Shown here: in pieces, positions 35,372-43,877 of the stretch
Numbering within the stretch: the stretch's first letter is position 1
How the letters are laid out: every line of letters starts with the position of its first letter
DNA from: a virus
Lineage: Duplodnaviria > Caudoviricetes
DNA length: 49,021 nt
Direction: 5' to 3' (one strand)
Virus record (IMG/VR): IMGVR_UViG_3300032373_000018
Span: 1 to 49,021 of that record
The notes under the pieces: model-generated
Seen by the model: only the letters and a program-made list of their open reading frames with translations
Database searches by the model: none
What the model was told of the DNA's origin: nothing
Made by a program: the position numbers and the translations under genes

Positions 35372-35664
35372 TCGCCTGCCTCCTTGAGAATGGCGGGAGA
35401 TTTGGACGGAAAGTGCGCCTCGGCTCGCGGTGAGTCTTGGATCATCAATTCAACTGCAGCCATGGCGGTTTGCCGTGCTTTATGTTGGCTTCTGTGATAT
35501 GCTGTTGCTGAAATGCCTGTTGGATTGTGGGTGACTTGCACCCAGCTATTGTTCGGGCCGCAATGCCACATTCCGCTGTCAGGCTTATCCACCGCGCTTG
35601 TGATGGTAAAAACCGGATCATCAGGCGGGGTGCGCTCTATATCTGTGCCTTGTGGGTTATTCAT
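35368..35664 (-). CDS. Peptide-chain release factor domain 3 / ArfB-like protein lacking GGQ
   Basis: NSWVQVTHNPTGISA...RSQHKARQTAM matches the RF-1 pattern S.VR.TH.PTG....RSQ..N...A. Confidence 0.75.
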   Translation of the reverse strand: MNNPQGTDIERTPPDDPVFTITSAVDKPDSGMWHCGPNNSWVQVTHNPTGISATAYHRSQHKARQTAMAAVELMIQDSPRAEAHFPSKSPAILKEAGE

Positions 35665-35965
35665 TGGGGGAGTCCTTCATGAAGGCAGAAACAGCAGAAT
35701 CGAGAAGCCAGCCAATCGACGCAATAAAGGCCACGACTAATGCGAACGCTAAAACAGCCGGCCAAAGGAACGAGGCAAAGATTGGTGCAAGAGCAAGCGC
35801 CCAAAGCGAGCTGTAATAATCAAACTCAGAGGAATACATCTCCCTCTCTCGCCGCCACTCAAGTTCTCTTTTTGCGTCAGCCGCCTGTTCGGCCATTGCA
35901 TAGGTCCAACTCAGGAAGCTAACGGGATACCCGACCCAATACAAAATCCAGTACCAATCCATCAC
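35657..35965 (-). CDS. Membrane protein
   Basis: 102 aa with 2-3 hydrophobic segments. Confidence 0.65.
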   Translation of the reverse strand: MMDWYWILYWVGYPVSFLSWTYAMAEQAADAKRELEWRREREMYSSEFDYYSSLWALALAPIFASFLWPAVLAFALVVAFIASIGWLLDSAVSAFMKDSPNE

Positions 35966-36104
35966 ACCACCCCCATGACGTTAGCCGCTGTGAAAAAGAG
36001 CGCAGCGCCAGCAAGGAAAGTTGCGGCAAGATAGACCAGCGTTACGCCGTATGAGCCTAGGGTTATCCCTATTGCTGACATGCGGGTCTTTTGTATGTGG
36101 AGGG

Positions 36105-36755
36105 TCATGCTGCTTGCCTCCATTCAAAGTTTGCTTGAAAGGCTGCTCGAATAAATCCGCGAGGCGTCTCCGAACGAACATCGCCACGGCCTTTCCCAGG
36201 GCTCGCTTTGTGAATGCGATCATCCGGATCAGGCAGGCCTTCAGCGCGATTGGGTTGTGGCATCACAAACCCACCAAAACACCAGACGCTGGTTTTCTTG
36301 GTGTAGTTATCTTCGAGACAGAAACCGGTGTAATCGCCCGGGTGGAAGTAATGATCAGGCTTGCGCCAGTGAGACGACATTGCGGTGATCGGGTTCTCGA
36401 TGAAGCCAGGACAATCAGTCAACTCCGCCAACTCTTGTGATGTCGCGAAAAAACCGACTGACTGCTGAAGCGCTCGCAGTCCCTTGGTCGCAAAGTCTCG
36501 CGCACCACACACTGCAACATCGGTGCATGGCGGAAAGCATCCGAGGAAATCAATATCGGCCGGCGTGTATCCGCGCTCAGCTAATTTGATCAGCACGGGA
36601 CCGAGCGTAGACAGGTCACAGTAAACACCATGAGCCAGTTCTGGCTTGCGGATGCCATGCTGAATATCGAAGCAAAGGACATCCCAACCAGCCTCAAGGA
36701 ACGGCTCGGCTGCCTTGCCGGTGTAGTCGAACAGAAAGACTGCAAGCTTGCTCAT
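36105..36755 (-). CDS. Compact DNA cytosine-C5 methyltransferase-like protein
   Basis: FLFDYTG (motif I variant), FPPCTD (motif IV), IENP (motif VI) and RS.TP.GF. Confidence 0.8.
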   Translation of the reverse strand: MSKLAVFLFDYTGKAAEPFLEAGWDVLCFDIQHGIRKPELAHGVYCDLSTLGPVLIKLAERGYTPADIDFLGCFPPCTDVAVCGARDFATKGLRALQQSVGFFATSQELAELTDCPGFIENPITAMSSHWRKPDHYFHPGDYTGFCLEDNYTKKTSVWCFGGFVMPQPNRAEGLPDPDDRIHKASPGKGRGDVRSETPRGFIRAAFQANFEWRQAA

Positions 36756-37141
36756 GCGACTTTCCACCCGAGCCCGGAAACGAAATTGAAGTCCGCCTCT
36801 GGCGTGTCAGACTCAGCCATTTTCACGAATTGTTCTGATGTCCACAGAGGCTCAATCTTGTATCGCTTGCCCTTGCTGACCCGGTAGCCTTTGCCATCGT
36901 AGCCATGTGCCCGGCGCAATCCGTTCAAAACCGTGGTGTGGTCTCCGAGGTGCAGCATCTTGGCGATCTGGGGCTGGGAATACTTTCCAGTTGCGTCCAG
37001 ATAGGCCATCACGAAAAAGCGGGGCGCGGTATGCGAGCGAGCTTTAGTCTTGGCTCGAAGCGCCTCAATCGTGATCAAGCGCCCAAACTCAATGCTCGCC
37101 CATTTTGCGGCCTGTTCAAGTGTGTTTTGGTAAAAGCTCAT
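36752..37141 (-). CDS. DnaA C-terminal (domain IV)-like DNA-binding protein
   Basis: PR..VMAYL...YS.PQIA..L...DHTTVL.G.R. Confidence 0.85.
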   Translation of the reverse strand: MSFYQNTLEQAAKWASIEFGRLITIEALRAKTKARSHTAPRFFVMAYLDATGKYSQPQIAKMLHLGDHTTVLNGLRRAHGYDGKGYRVSKGKRYKIEPLWTSEQFVKMAESDTPEADFNFVSGLGWKVA

Positions 37142-37995
37142 GCCCCCGGTTCCTTTTCGTTTTGAAGCAACGCCTTTTTTTGAGCCTCGCGCTTGGCGTT
37201 CAGTTCATCGCGATTTACTTTTGGCTCTTCGAAAAATGATTTGCCGTGGTCCTCTCCGCCCCCAATGGGCGTGACCTGAGATGCGGTTTCCGCCAGTTCC
37301 TGGCGATACTTTTCCTGGTCATCTTGGCGCTTGTTCAACGCGGCGCGGCATTTCTTGAGAAGATCACCCGGCATTGGGCAATTCTGCATTTCTGGACCGG
37401 GGACATAGCTGATCTTCCAATCAGTCGTTTTGAGATAGTCCTCGACATGCTCTTCCCACCATTCACGGGGAAAGCGCGGATCTTCTAATTCCTTCAGGAT
37501 GATACCCCTATCGCCGCACATCTGGTCAGCCAGATCGCAAAGCTCTTTCAGGGAAGGGAAAAACGTCATCCGGCGCGGGATGCCTTCCCGTGGATCGAGC
37601 AACTCCCGCACAACGTCGCCAGGATAATCCTGCAAAACATGCGTGTAGGCAGCAAGCGCAATCGTGTTCTCATCACCATCACGAGCAGATCGGGCCATAA
37701 CTGTGCTTGCTACGGTCAGCCACATTTCGATGTCGTCTGGGCTGGCTGGTGCCTGCATAGCCGCAATGATCGACTCCGCACGCTGCATGTCTGCCGCGCC
37801 GTGGATTTCAACGAAGGCTGCACGCTCTGGGACAAACTCACCATCAACCCACTTCGAAGAGACCGTTTTGACGCTCACGGATACGCCGCAATCCTGTAGC
37901 TGCGAGAGACTCCTTTCGAGGTTCTCGGCTGGCTTGCGGTTGGTAATTGCCGGAGGCTGAACCTTGCTGCGAACGATACTGAGGGCGTGACCCAT
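37138..37995 (-). CDS. Replication-associated protein (helicase loader/inhibitor-like); start uncertain
   Basis: AY...L.DYP...FFPS..EL motif; follows the initiator. Confidence 0.6.
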   Translation of the reverse strand: MGHALSIVRSKVQPPAITNRKPAENLERSLSQLQDCGVSVSVKTVSSKWVDGEFVPERAAFVEIHGAADMQRAESIIAAMQAPASPDDIEMWLTVASTVMARSARDGDENTIALAAYTHVLQDYPGDVVRELLDPREGIPRRMTFFPSLKELCDLADQMCGDRGIILKELEDPRFPREWWEEHVEDYLKTTDWKISYVPGPEMQNCPMPGDLLKKCRAALNKRQDDQEKYRQELAETASQVTPIGGGEDHGKSFFEEPKVNRDELNAKREAQKKALLQNEKEPGA

Positions 37996-38614
37996 GCTGA
38001 ATCTCCGTGACCTTTGGTCGGCTGAATTGTTGGAATTTGCGGCGGCAGTGGCCACGCCATGTGGCTGGCCAGTCTTTTTTCGGGCTGGCGTCGTCTGACG
38101 ACCAGTAATCAACGAAATCTTCTATGCAGTCCTCAAGGCGGCTTTCGTGGATGCCTTGGCCGAGAGCGTATTCTTTGAGTTTCTGGTCTGGTCTCCAGGT
38201 TGCATCAATTTTTGAAGCGCGCGCAACCTTCTTCTCAGTAGCGTTCTGTTGGGGCGTTCTTAGGTGTGATCCCGTATGATCACAGGGGGTGTGATCTTTA
38301 GAGGTCACAGGGGGTGTGACGCCACGATCACTGGGGTCCAGCTTAACGGTGTATTGATTTGCCCTTTGCCCACCATCATCTCTCTTCTGATGATGAATCT
38401 GAATATATCCCTTTTCAGACAGGACCTTAACGGCGCGGTTTACTGTCTCGCGTGCAATGCCCAAGCGATCCGCAATCGTCTTTTGCTTGGGAAATGCCTT
38501 ATCGTCTTTTGACAGATACGTGCCGATGACAAGCAACACACGAAGTTGCGTTGCAGTTAGGTCCAGATCCGTAACAGCATCGGAAGGAACAACCGAAAAT
38601 CTAGCCTCACTCAC
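37844..38614 (-). CDS. Replication initiator (N-terminal winged HTH)
   Basis: AFPKQKTIADRLGIARETVNRAVK.L...GYI...N.Y; C-terminal F.DYW...KKDW.ATWR. Confidence 0.85.
   Translation of the reverse strand: MSEARFSVVPSDAVTDLDLTATQLRVLLVIGTYLSKDDKAFPKQKTIADRLGIARETVNRAVKVLSEKGYIQIHHQKRDDGGQRANQYTVKLDPSDRGVTPPVTSKDHTPCDHTGSHLRTPQQNATEKKVARASKIDATWRPDQKLKEYALGQGIHESRLEDCIEDFVDYWSSDDASPKKDWPATWRGHCRRKFQQFSRPKVTEIQHGSRPQYRSQQGSASGNYQPQASREPRKESLAATGLRRIRERQNGLFEVG
38263..38337. repeat. Replication origin iterons inside the initiator gene
   Basis: TCACAGGGGGTGTGA at 38280 and 38305, with partial copies at 38263 and 38328. Confidence 0.75.
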
Positions 38615-38781
38615 GCCGCACCGTCCTTGCGAACAATTCTCGCTAAGTCGTTGACGGTACGGATAAGGGCTTGCCCGGCCTTTTCAGGATTGCGAGGGAT
38701 TCGCAGATTGTCTGAGTGCTTTACCATCTCTGCAATGGACATGGCTTTCAGGTCTAGTTCGTCTTCTTGTCTGGTGGTCAT
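38611..38781 (-). CDS. Hypothetical protein (56 aa)
   Basis: MTTRQEDELDL...KDGAA; overlaps neighbours by ATGA/GTGA. Confidence 0.55.
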   Translation of the reverse strand: MTTRQEDELDLKAMSIAEMVKHSDNLRIPRNPEKAGQALIRTVNDLARIVRKDGAA

Positions 38782-38912
38782 TTCTTCCCCCGCTTTTTGT
38801 CTTGCTGCTCATCGCGGGCTTTCTGGACAACGAAGTCGAAGGCTTCCGCTGGCTTCATGCCGTCAACTCGGATGAGTTTGCGTCTTAGTTTGTGGTGGTC
38901 GGATCGGAGCAT
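38778..38912 (-). CDS. Hypothetical basic protein (44 aa)
   Basis: MLRSDHHKLRRK...KRGKK; fills the gap with coupled overlaps. Confidence 0.5.
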   Translation of the reverse strand: MLRSDHHKLRRKLIRVDGMKPAEAFDFVVQKARDEQQDKKRGKK

Positions 38913-39826
38913 CAGGCGGCGTCCTCTTCGAACAAGTCTGTCGGAGGATCGTCACGCTCGTATGGTTGAACGGCATCACCCTTTTGGGCGGCGGTCCGGA
39001 GAACGTGGCGCAGGTCTCGAATTTCTTGCTGCATGCCGCGAAACACGCCATCTTTCGACAGCGAACCAATCAGTTCACGACGCCGGAAACGTAGGTCTCG
39101 CCACTCCGCATCCTCGGGTAACCCGAGCGCACGAGCGGCCTCGACGCGCGTGACCTCAAGTTCTCGTTTGGCCGTCTCTTTATATTTTTCCGCCATTTCT
39201 CGCGCCTCGGAACGGGCGTTTCGAAGTGTTTCAGTGGCCTCCCTACGGCTTTCATCGGCATGCTGTTGAGCAAGATCGAGCCGAGTTTTCGCGCCGAGCT
39301 GATCGCGGACAACACTCGCAACCTCTTCCCCCAAATCACGGCTCACCGACCTTACCACTGACCACTGATCGATTCTTCGAGGCATTGGAGGGTTTTTGGC
39401 TATTGTTCGGTCAATACCGTCGATCACCAGTTTCATCATCGACTGGAAATCGGGACGCCCTGTTCCAGGCTTTTCCCGTTTCATAGTCTTCCAACCGTTC
39501 TCGCCCCGAACGATCAGGCCGCACTCGAATGGCACTTCCGCTTTGGTGATCAGACCCTTGGGGACAGCGAAGATCACGCCGCCCGAGAAATCCAAATACT
39601 TTTGCCACTTGGCTGCATTCACATCCGACAGGAAGTCACTACGGCTCACCTTGATCTCGTAGCTAACGGGCCGTGGCCGACTGTAGGACTTTTCCAGAGT
39701 GTAGACATCTGGACGCGGTGAACCGCTTGGGCCCATCTGCATGTCCGTCCAAACCATTCGATTGTCTGACACGAGATGCTGAGCCAAATCCGATGCAAGC
39801 TCATCATGTTTCCACTTGTGGGTCAT
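38912..39826 (-). CDS. MmcB-like PD-(D/E)xK nuclease with coiled-coil tail
   Basis: RPDV...YEIKVSRSDFLSD...KWQKYL. Confidence 0.8.
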   Translation of the reverse strand: MTHKWKHDELASDLAQHLVSDNRMVWTDMQMGPSGSPRPDVYTLEKSYSRPRPVSYEIKVSRSDFLSDVNAAKWQKYLDFSGGVIFAVPKGLITKAEVPFECGLIVRGENGWKTMKREKPGTGRPDFQSMMKLVIDGIDRTIAKNPPMPRRIDQWSVVRSVSRDLGEEVASVVRDQLGAKTRLDLAQQHADESRREATETLRNARSEAREMAEKYKETAKRELEVTRVEAARALGLPEDAEWRDLRFRRRELIGSLSKDGVFRGMQQEIRDLRHVLRTAAQKGDAVQPYERDDPPTDLFEEDAA

Positions 39827-40305
39827 GCCGCCACCTCGCGAACCGCAGTCACGCTGACGTGGTAAATTTGCTGACGACAGCCAGTGTCCTCTAAGCGCTC
39901 GCCTTGGACGTAGAGCTTGCCTTCATCGACAAGGTCTTTCAGGCGTCCGCAGGCGGCTTTCTCGGTAATGCCTGCAATCTTCAGAACCTGATTGCGTGTT
40001 GCGCCCTGTGTGCCCATCCAGGCGACGGCGCCAAGCACTTGCAGCTTTTGCGGTCCGGTCTTGTCGGCAACAGCAGATGCCCCTGCTCTACTGGTAGAGC
40101 TTCCGGGCTGGAATGGTGCAGGACCAGATGGCGCGACAGGCTCAGTCTTCAGAAGCGGCGCACCCTCGCGCTCACAGTCTGAGCAAAGCCAGTGCAGCTC
40201 GCCATGAACTTCACGCTGGCGGCATTCAGATGGCGGGACGTAGCGGCGATTAGGATTGGTCGCAATTCCGCAATGCTCGCAGGATTTAGGCTGTGCCCCC
40301 GACAT
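39823..40305 (-). CDS. Zn-finger plus winged-HTH protein
   Basis: CxxC...CxxC; GAT..........RL..L...G. Confidence 0.7.
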   Translation of the reverse strand: MSGAQPKSCEHCGIATNPNRRYVPPSECRQREVHGELHWLCSDCEREGAPLLKTEPVAPSGPAPFQPGSSTSRAGASAVADKTGPQKLQVLGAVAWMGTQGATRNQVLKIAGITEKAACGRLKDLVDEGKLYVQGERLEDTGCRQQIYHVSVTAVREVAA

Positions 40306-40343
40306 CTCTATCCGCCTCCAGCCAAAGCAAATGATATACCGTT

Positions 40344-40676
40344 TTGAGCGCGAGAAAATTTGCCAGCACCGTTGTCAACATTGAGATTTTGAGTATGGTT
40401 AACGTTAGGATAGGCGGGGACGAAAAGATGCTTCCAAGACTGGTTACAGAAATATCTGAGTTTGGCTGGAACAAAGAATCGCAGCACTTCGAACGTAAGA
40501 TTTACGGGATTGCCCCGGAGACCGGAGAGCGCACTTTGATGGGTGTATATGCCACCCCGCCCCGAGTTTTTCTGAAAGACGCCATCAGCGTGCAGAGAGC
40601 TGTTGCAGCTTTCTATGCTGATACAGAACACCCGCAGGCGAAGATCATTCAGATGAAGCTTGGGAAGCATGGTTAA
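40344..40676 (+). CDS. Hypothetical protein antisense to the cro operon (start possibly 40428)
   Basis: Protein-like composition; stop overlaps the cro stop. Confidence 0.55.
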   Translation: MSARKFASTVVNIEILSMVNVRIGGDEKMLPRLVTEISEFGWNKESQHFERKIYGIAPETGERTLMGVYATPPRVFLKDAISVQRAVAAFYADTEHPQAKIIQMKLGKHG

Positions 40677-40891
40677 GCGGCCTCGCCGCGCGCCTGCTCA
40701 GCGATCAGAAGCTCAGGGATGCTAACCGAATTTCCCGTAGCTGCGGAAACCTGACGGAGCGTCTCAAGCGAGTAATCGCCCTTCCCTGCCAGTATGCGCC
40801 AGACAGTTTGACGGGACGTGTTTGCCTGAAGCGCGAATGCTGCCTGTGACAAACCCTTTTTTTCAAGGTAGACGCGTAGTGGATGTTTCAT
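40673..40891 (-). CDS. cro: Cro-like HTH repressor
   Basis: LRVYL...LSQAAFA...TSRQTVWRIL.G; divergent from cI; apparently leaderless. Confidence 0.85.
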   Translation of the reverse strand: MKHPLRVYLEKKGLSQAAFALQANTSRQTVWRILAGKGDYSLETLRQVSAATGNSVSIPELLIAEQARGEAA

Positions 40892-40898
40892 GCATCGA

Positions 40899-40926
40899 GT
40901 TATAACGCCCGACGTTACAGTGTCAA
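40899..40926 (-). promoter_or_regulatory. pR-like promoter
   Basis: TTGACA, 16-bp spacer, TATAAC; ATG 7 nt downstream. Confidence 0.75.
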
Positions 40927-40978
40927 CCAATTTTTGTAACGCCCCGTGTTTATATTGATTGTTGCGGGGTGTGTTACA
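40901..40978. promoter_or_regulatory. Three operators (OR-like), TRTAAC-N7-GTTACA
   Basis: 40901-40919 full; 40935-40953 and 40960-40978 partial. Confidence 0.75.
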
Positions 40979-40985
40979 AAGGGAA

Positions 40986-41318
40986 ATGACAGAGAATCAG
41001 CATCCCGGCCACTACATCAAAGAGTGGCGAACCCAGCGCGGCTTGTCTCTTCGAAAGCTCGCAGAGCGTATGGAGAGTGAGCCCGGCGAAGATTTGATCT
41101 CTGCCATGTCTCTATCCCGTATAGAAAGAGGGTTGCAGCCCTACAGCCAGCCAATCCTGGAGGCGCTCGCGCTTGCGCTCGGCACAACCATCTGGTCACT
41201 CATCAGTGTGAACCCTCTTATAGATAGCGATGTTGTGGATATGGTGTCCTACATGCGGGATATGAGCCCCGAGGATCGGCAAAAAGCCATGCAGCTTATG
41301 AAGGTCGCAAACTCGTAA
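40986..41318 (+). CDS. cI: CI-like XRE repressor without S24 peptidase domain
   Basis: IKEWR..RGLS...LA...LSRIERG..PY....LEALA.ALG; 110 aa. Confidence 0.88.
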   Translation: MTENQHPGHYIKEWRTQRGLSLRKLAERMESEPGEDLISAMSLSRIERGLQPYSQPILEALALALGTTIWSLISVNPLIDSDVVDMVSYMRDMSPEDRQKAMQLMKVANS

Positions 41319-41368
41319 CACCGAAAGTTACAAAAAGTTCTTGACGCTATAACATGGTGTGTTACAAC
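41314..41368 (+). promoter_or_regulatory. pL-like promoter with two operators
   Basis: CGTAAC-N7-GTTACA (41314-41332), TATAAC-N7-GTTACA (41348-41366); TTGACG, 16-bp spacer, TACAAC. Confidence 0.8.
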
Positions 41369-41391
41369 TCTCTCCATAGACGGAGGGCCAC

Positions 41392-41598
41392 ATGCCAACT
41401 CAATCCAATATCGACGCACACGAGCTGACCGCAGCTTACAAGGCTGTTTGCCTTAACCAAGCTGGGTTCGGTGCGCTTCAAGTTCTCGCCCATTACGATG
41501 TTGACGCTCTCGCAGACGATGCAGAAGAGCAAATCATCGAGATCATAGAGAGCCAAGCTGACGACTGGCGCATTGATCTAGCGCGGGATGCTGCGTGA
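41392..41598 (+). CDS. Hypothetical early protein
   Basis: GGAGG RBS; first gene after pL. Confidence 0.75.
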   Translation: MPTQSNIDAHELTAAYKAVCLNQAGFGALQVLAHYDVDALADDAEEQIIEIIESQADDWRIDLARDAA

Positions 41599-41810
41599 TG
41601 GATATTCATACCGCTCACAACCCCAAGCCAGTCCGGCACAGAGGCTTCGACTGGGAGGCGGTCGATTACGACACGCTCGATTGCGACAGCCCAGTGGGCT
41701 ACGGCTCAACAGAGGAGGCAGCTATTGCTGACTTGCTTCAGCAGCTCGAAGAGATTGACGATATTGTCTGCGAAGGTGTCGCGAAAACCCAAACAATTGG
41801 GGGCTGGTGA
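41595..41810 (+). CDS. Hypothetical early protein
   Basis: FDW.A...P.GYG.TEEAAIADL motif; coupled. Confidence 0.75.
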   Translation: MMDIHTAHNPKPVRHRGFDWEAVDYDTLDCDSPVGYGSTEEAAIADLLQQLEEIDDIVCEGVAKTQTIGGW

Positions 41811-42073
41811 TGAGCTTCAGATTTGGCATCGAATACGGCTGGGGCGCAGACTCCATCCAAGAGCAAATGGACCGCTTTGGCATCCAAGCATTGCCTGAAA
41901 AAGAACTGAGCAAATGGCAGAAGATCGCCGACGCGCTTTTGATGGTTTCTCTTCACAGCATCTTGCCGCCAAGCACGATTGCGAAGGGCCGGGAAAAGCT
42001 GCGCCGCGACATCGAAAAGTATCTTTTGAAGGGAGGCTTTATGGCTCACGCAAAAGAGGAGGCCGCGGCATGA
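41807..42073 (+). CDS. Hypothetical early protein
   Basis: Coupled 88-aa ORF. Confidence 0.65.
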   Translation: MMSFRFGIEYGWGADSIQEQMDRFGIQALPEKELSKWQKIADALLMVSLHSILPPSTIAKGREKLRRDIEKYLLKGGFMAHAKEEAAA

Positions 42074-42345
42074 CCCAGTCTCCAATCACCCTGCACGATG
42101 AAACTACCCCTGCGTGGCTGCGCTCACCAATCATCCCTCTAGATGACCCAACACCAGCAGAACAAGAGCGGATCATAGACGAGTCTATCCGCAAGCTTGA
42201 AGCGAAGAAACGTTTTCTCGCTGCTGAAGTCGATGAACGAATGAAGCGGCTGGAGAAAGTCGAACACTCAATAGACGAGCTGACCAGTCTCAAGCTGGAG
42301 GCTCAAGAAGCTGATCAAGACAACCGATACGGAGCGCCGAGATGA
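42070..42345 (+). CDS. Coiled-coil hypothetical protein
   Basis: MTQSPITL start with GAGGAGG RBS. Confidence 0.65.
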   Translation: MTQSPITLHDETTPAWLRSPIIPLDDPTPAEQERIIDESIRKLEAKKRFLAAEVDERMKRLEKVEHSIDELTSLKLEAQEADQDNRYGAPR

Positions 42346-42506
42346 ATCTCGTTCAACACATCATGCGCCGCGGCCTTCTGAAAGAAGAAGCTATCGCACA
42401 CAGCCGAGCAGCCCAGATTGCTGCCCGTGCTCCCCTCAACAAAATGCCACGCCTTAAGCCCCTTCTGAAGAAGCGGGAAGAGTGGATTCGGAGGCAGTCA
42501 AATTGA
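42342..42506 (+). CDS. Small basic protein (54 aa)
   Basis: MNLVQHIMRRG...; ATGA overlap. Confidence 0.55.
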   Translation: MNLVQHIMRRGLLKEEAIAHSRAAQIAARAPLNKMPRLKPLLKKREEWIRRQSN

Positions 42507-42679
42507 CTCTCTCAGAAGCTGAAAAGACCGCTCACGTTCTACGCGCAAAACTAACGCGCTTACTGATCGAACGTAAAGAGCTGAACAAGACAATAGACGG
42601 CGTTGAAATCGAGACTTTTCGAGCTGAAGGCCGGGTCAATGAAATGAAGAAAGGAGCCAATCATGAGAACCGCACTTGA
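42482..42679 (+). CDS. Coiled-coil hypothetical protein (start possibly TTG 42503)
   Basis: ORF within the coupled operon. Confidence 0.55.
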   Translation: MDSEAVKLTLSEAEKTAHVLRAKLTRLLIERKELNKTIDGVEIETFRAEGRVNEMKKGANHENRT

Positions 42680-42875
42680 TGTCATGTTTCAAGTTGATTT
42701 GGCGGTTCGGGAATTGGACTTTGCTGCAACTTATGCGCGCTATGCGCCAACCGTAGATCCTGAATGCTGGGTCCGTAATCAGCAGGCCATTGCGAGCAAA
42801 ATCGAAAGCGCGAGAGCCTTTCTGGATTCTATCGAATGCAAGATCAAAATCAAGGAGGTTTCTCATGCCGCATAG
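42663..42875 (+). CDS. Hypothetical protein
   Basis: AAGGAG RBS. Confidence 0.65.
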   Translation: MRTALDVMFQVDLAVRELDFAATYARYAPTVDPECWVRNQQAIASKIESARAFLDSIECKIKIKEVSHAA

Positions 42876-43539
42876 CTTTGGAGAGGACCAGCTAGACCAC
42901 CTCGAAAACACGCTTGACCCGTCAGTTGTTGCTAATCGCAAACAGGGCGGAACACAGGTCGCATACATCCAGGCATGGCACGCCATCGCAGAAGCTAACC
43001 GGATTTTCGGGTTTGGTGAATGGGATCGCGAAACCGTTGAAATGCGCATGGTTCAAGAATGCGAGACCATCATCGGCAAGGGCAAGCCTTACGAGAAACC
43101 CGGCTTCAAGGTGAGCTATGTGGCGCGCGTCAGGATTACAGTTCGCGCTGGCGATCAGATCGTCACACGCGAGGGTACAGGCGCAGGGCACGGCATTGAT
43201 GCTGATATGGGGCAAGCCCACGAAAGCGCCACCAAGGAGGCCGAGAGCGACGCTATGAAGCGAGCGCTGATGATGTTCGGTAATCCGTTCGGTCTGGCTC
43301 TGTATGATAGTTCTCGCGCCAACGTGAAGACGCCTCGCGAAAGCAAGGCAAACAGCCGCGGTCTATTCGAGGCACTGCAATCAGGCATTCGTTCACAAGC
43401 AAACGAAGACGCAATTCGCAATTGGTGGAAATCCAACCTGCAAGACATTCGCAGCTTGCCGCAAGATTGGGAAGAGCAGCTTTCTGAAATGGGCGCCGAC
43501 ATGATCGCGAAGTGGAATGACCACGGGATTGCAGCCTGA
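42865..43539 (+). CDS. Rad52/Rad22-family (Sak-like) single-strand annealing protein
   Basis: YI.....I.EANRIFGF.EW; KEAESDAMKRAL..FGNPFGLALYD. Confidence 0.92.
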   Translation: MPHSFGEDQLDHLENTLDPSVVANRKQGGTQVAYIQAWHAIAEANRIFGFGEWDRETVEMRMVQECETIIGKGKPYEKPGFKVSYVARVRITVRAGDQIVTREGTGAGHGIDADMGQAHESATKEAESDAMKRALMMFGNPFGLALYDSSRANVKTPRESKANSRGLFEALQSGIRSQANEDAIRNWWKSNLQDIRSLPQDWEEQLSEMGADMIAKWNDHGIAA

Positions 43540-43877
43540 TGCCCATCACTGAGAAACAATTCGATTGGGCGATGCAGATCCTGGCTGACCCTGAAAGCAA
43601 AGCGGCTAAAGCCCGTGCAGCTCACGAGCATATGTCTGACCTCGATAAAGTGGTTCTGGCAAAACTCATGAATGACGCACCAGACGAGTGCAAATCTCAG
43701 GCGGCTAAAGAGAGCTACGCCAGAGCGCACCCGTCCTTTGAGGCCCACCTTGAGCAGAAAAAGGTGCTGTCTGAAATGGATTATCGCGCTCGTGACAGTC
43801 GGTCAGCGGCGAGTGCGATTATCGACGCTTGGCGAACTGAGCAGTCAAACGCCCGCATGTTTACGAAGGCCGCATAA
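43539..43877 (+). CDS. Conserved helical protein of the recombination module
   Basis: AA.E..ARA.P and ID.WRT..SN.R motifs. Confidence 0.7.
   Translation: MPITEKQFDWAMQILADPESKAAKARAAHEHMSDLDKVVLAKLMNDAPDECKSQAAKESYARAHPSFEAHLEQKKVLSEMDYRARDSRSAASAIIDAWRTEQSNARMFTKAA

Noticed and set aside
40901-41366. CtrA boxes (TTAA-N7-TTAA)
   Set aside because: Sites are inverted TAAC-N7-GTTA palindromes at pR and pL, better explained as CI/Cro operators
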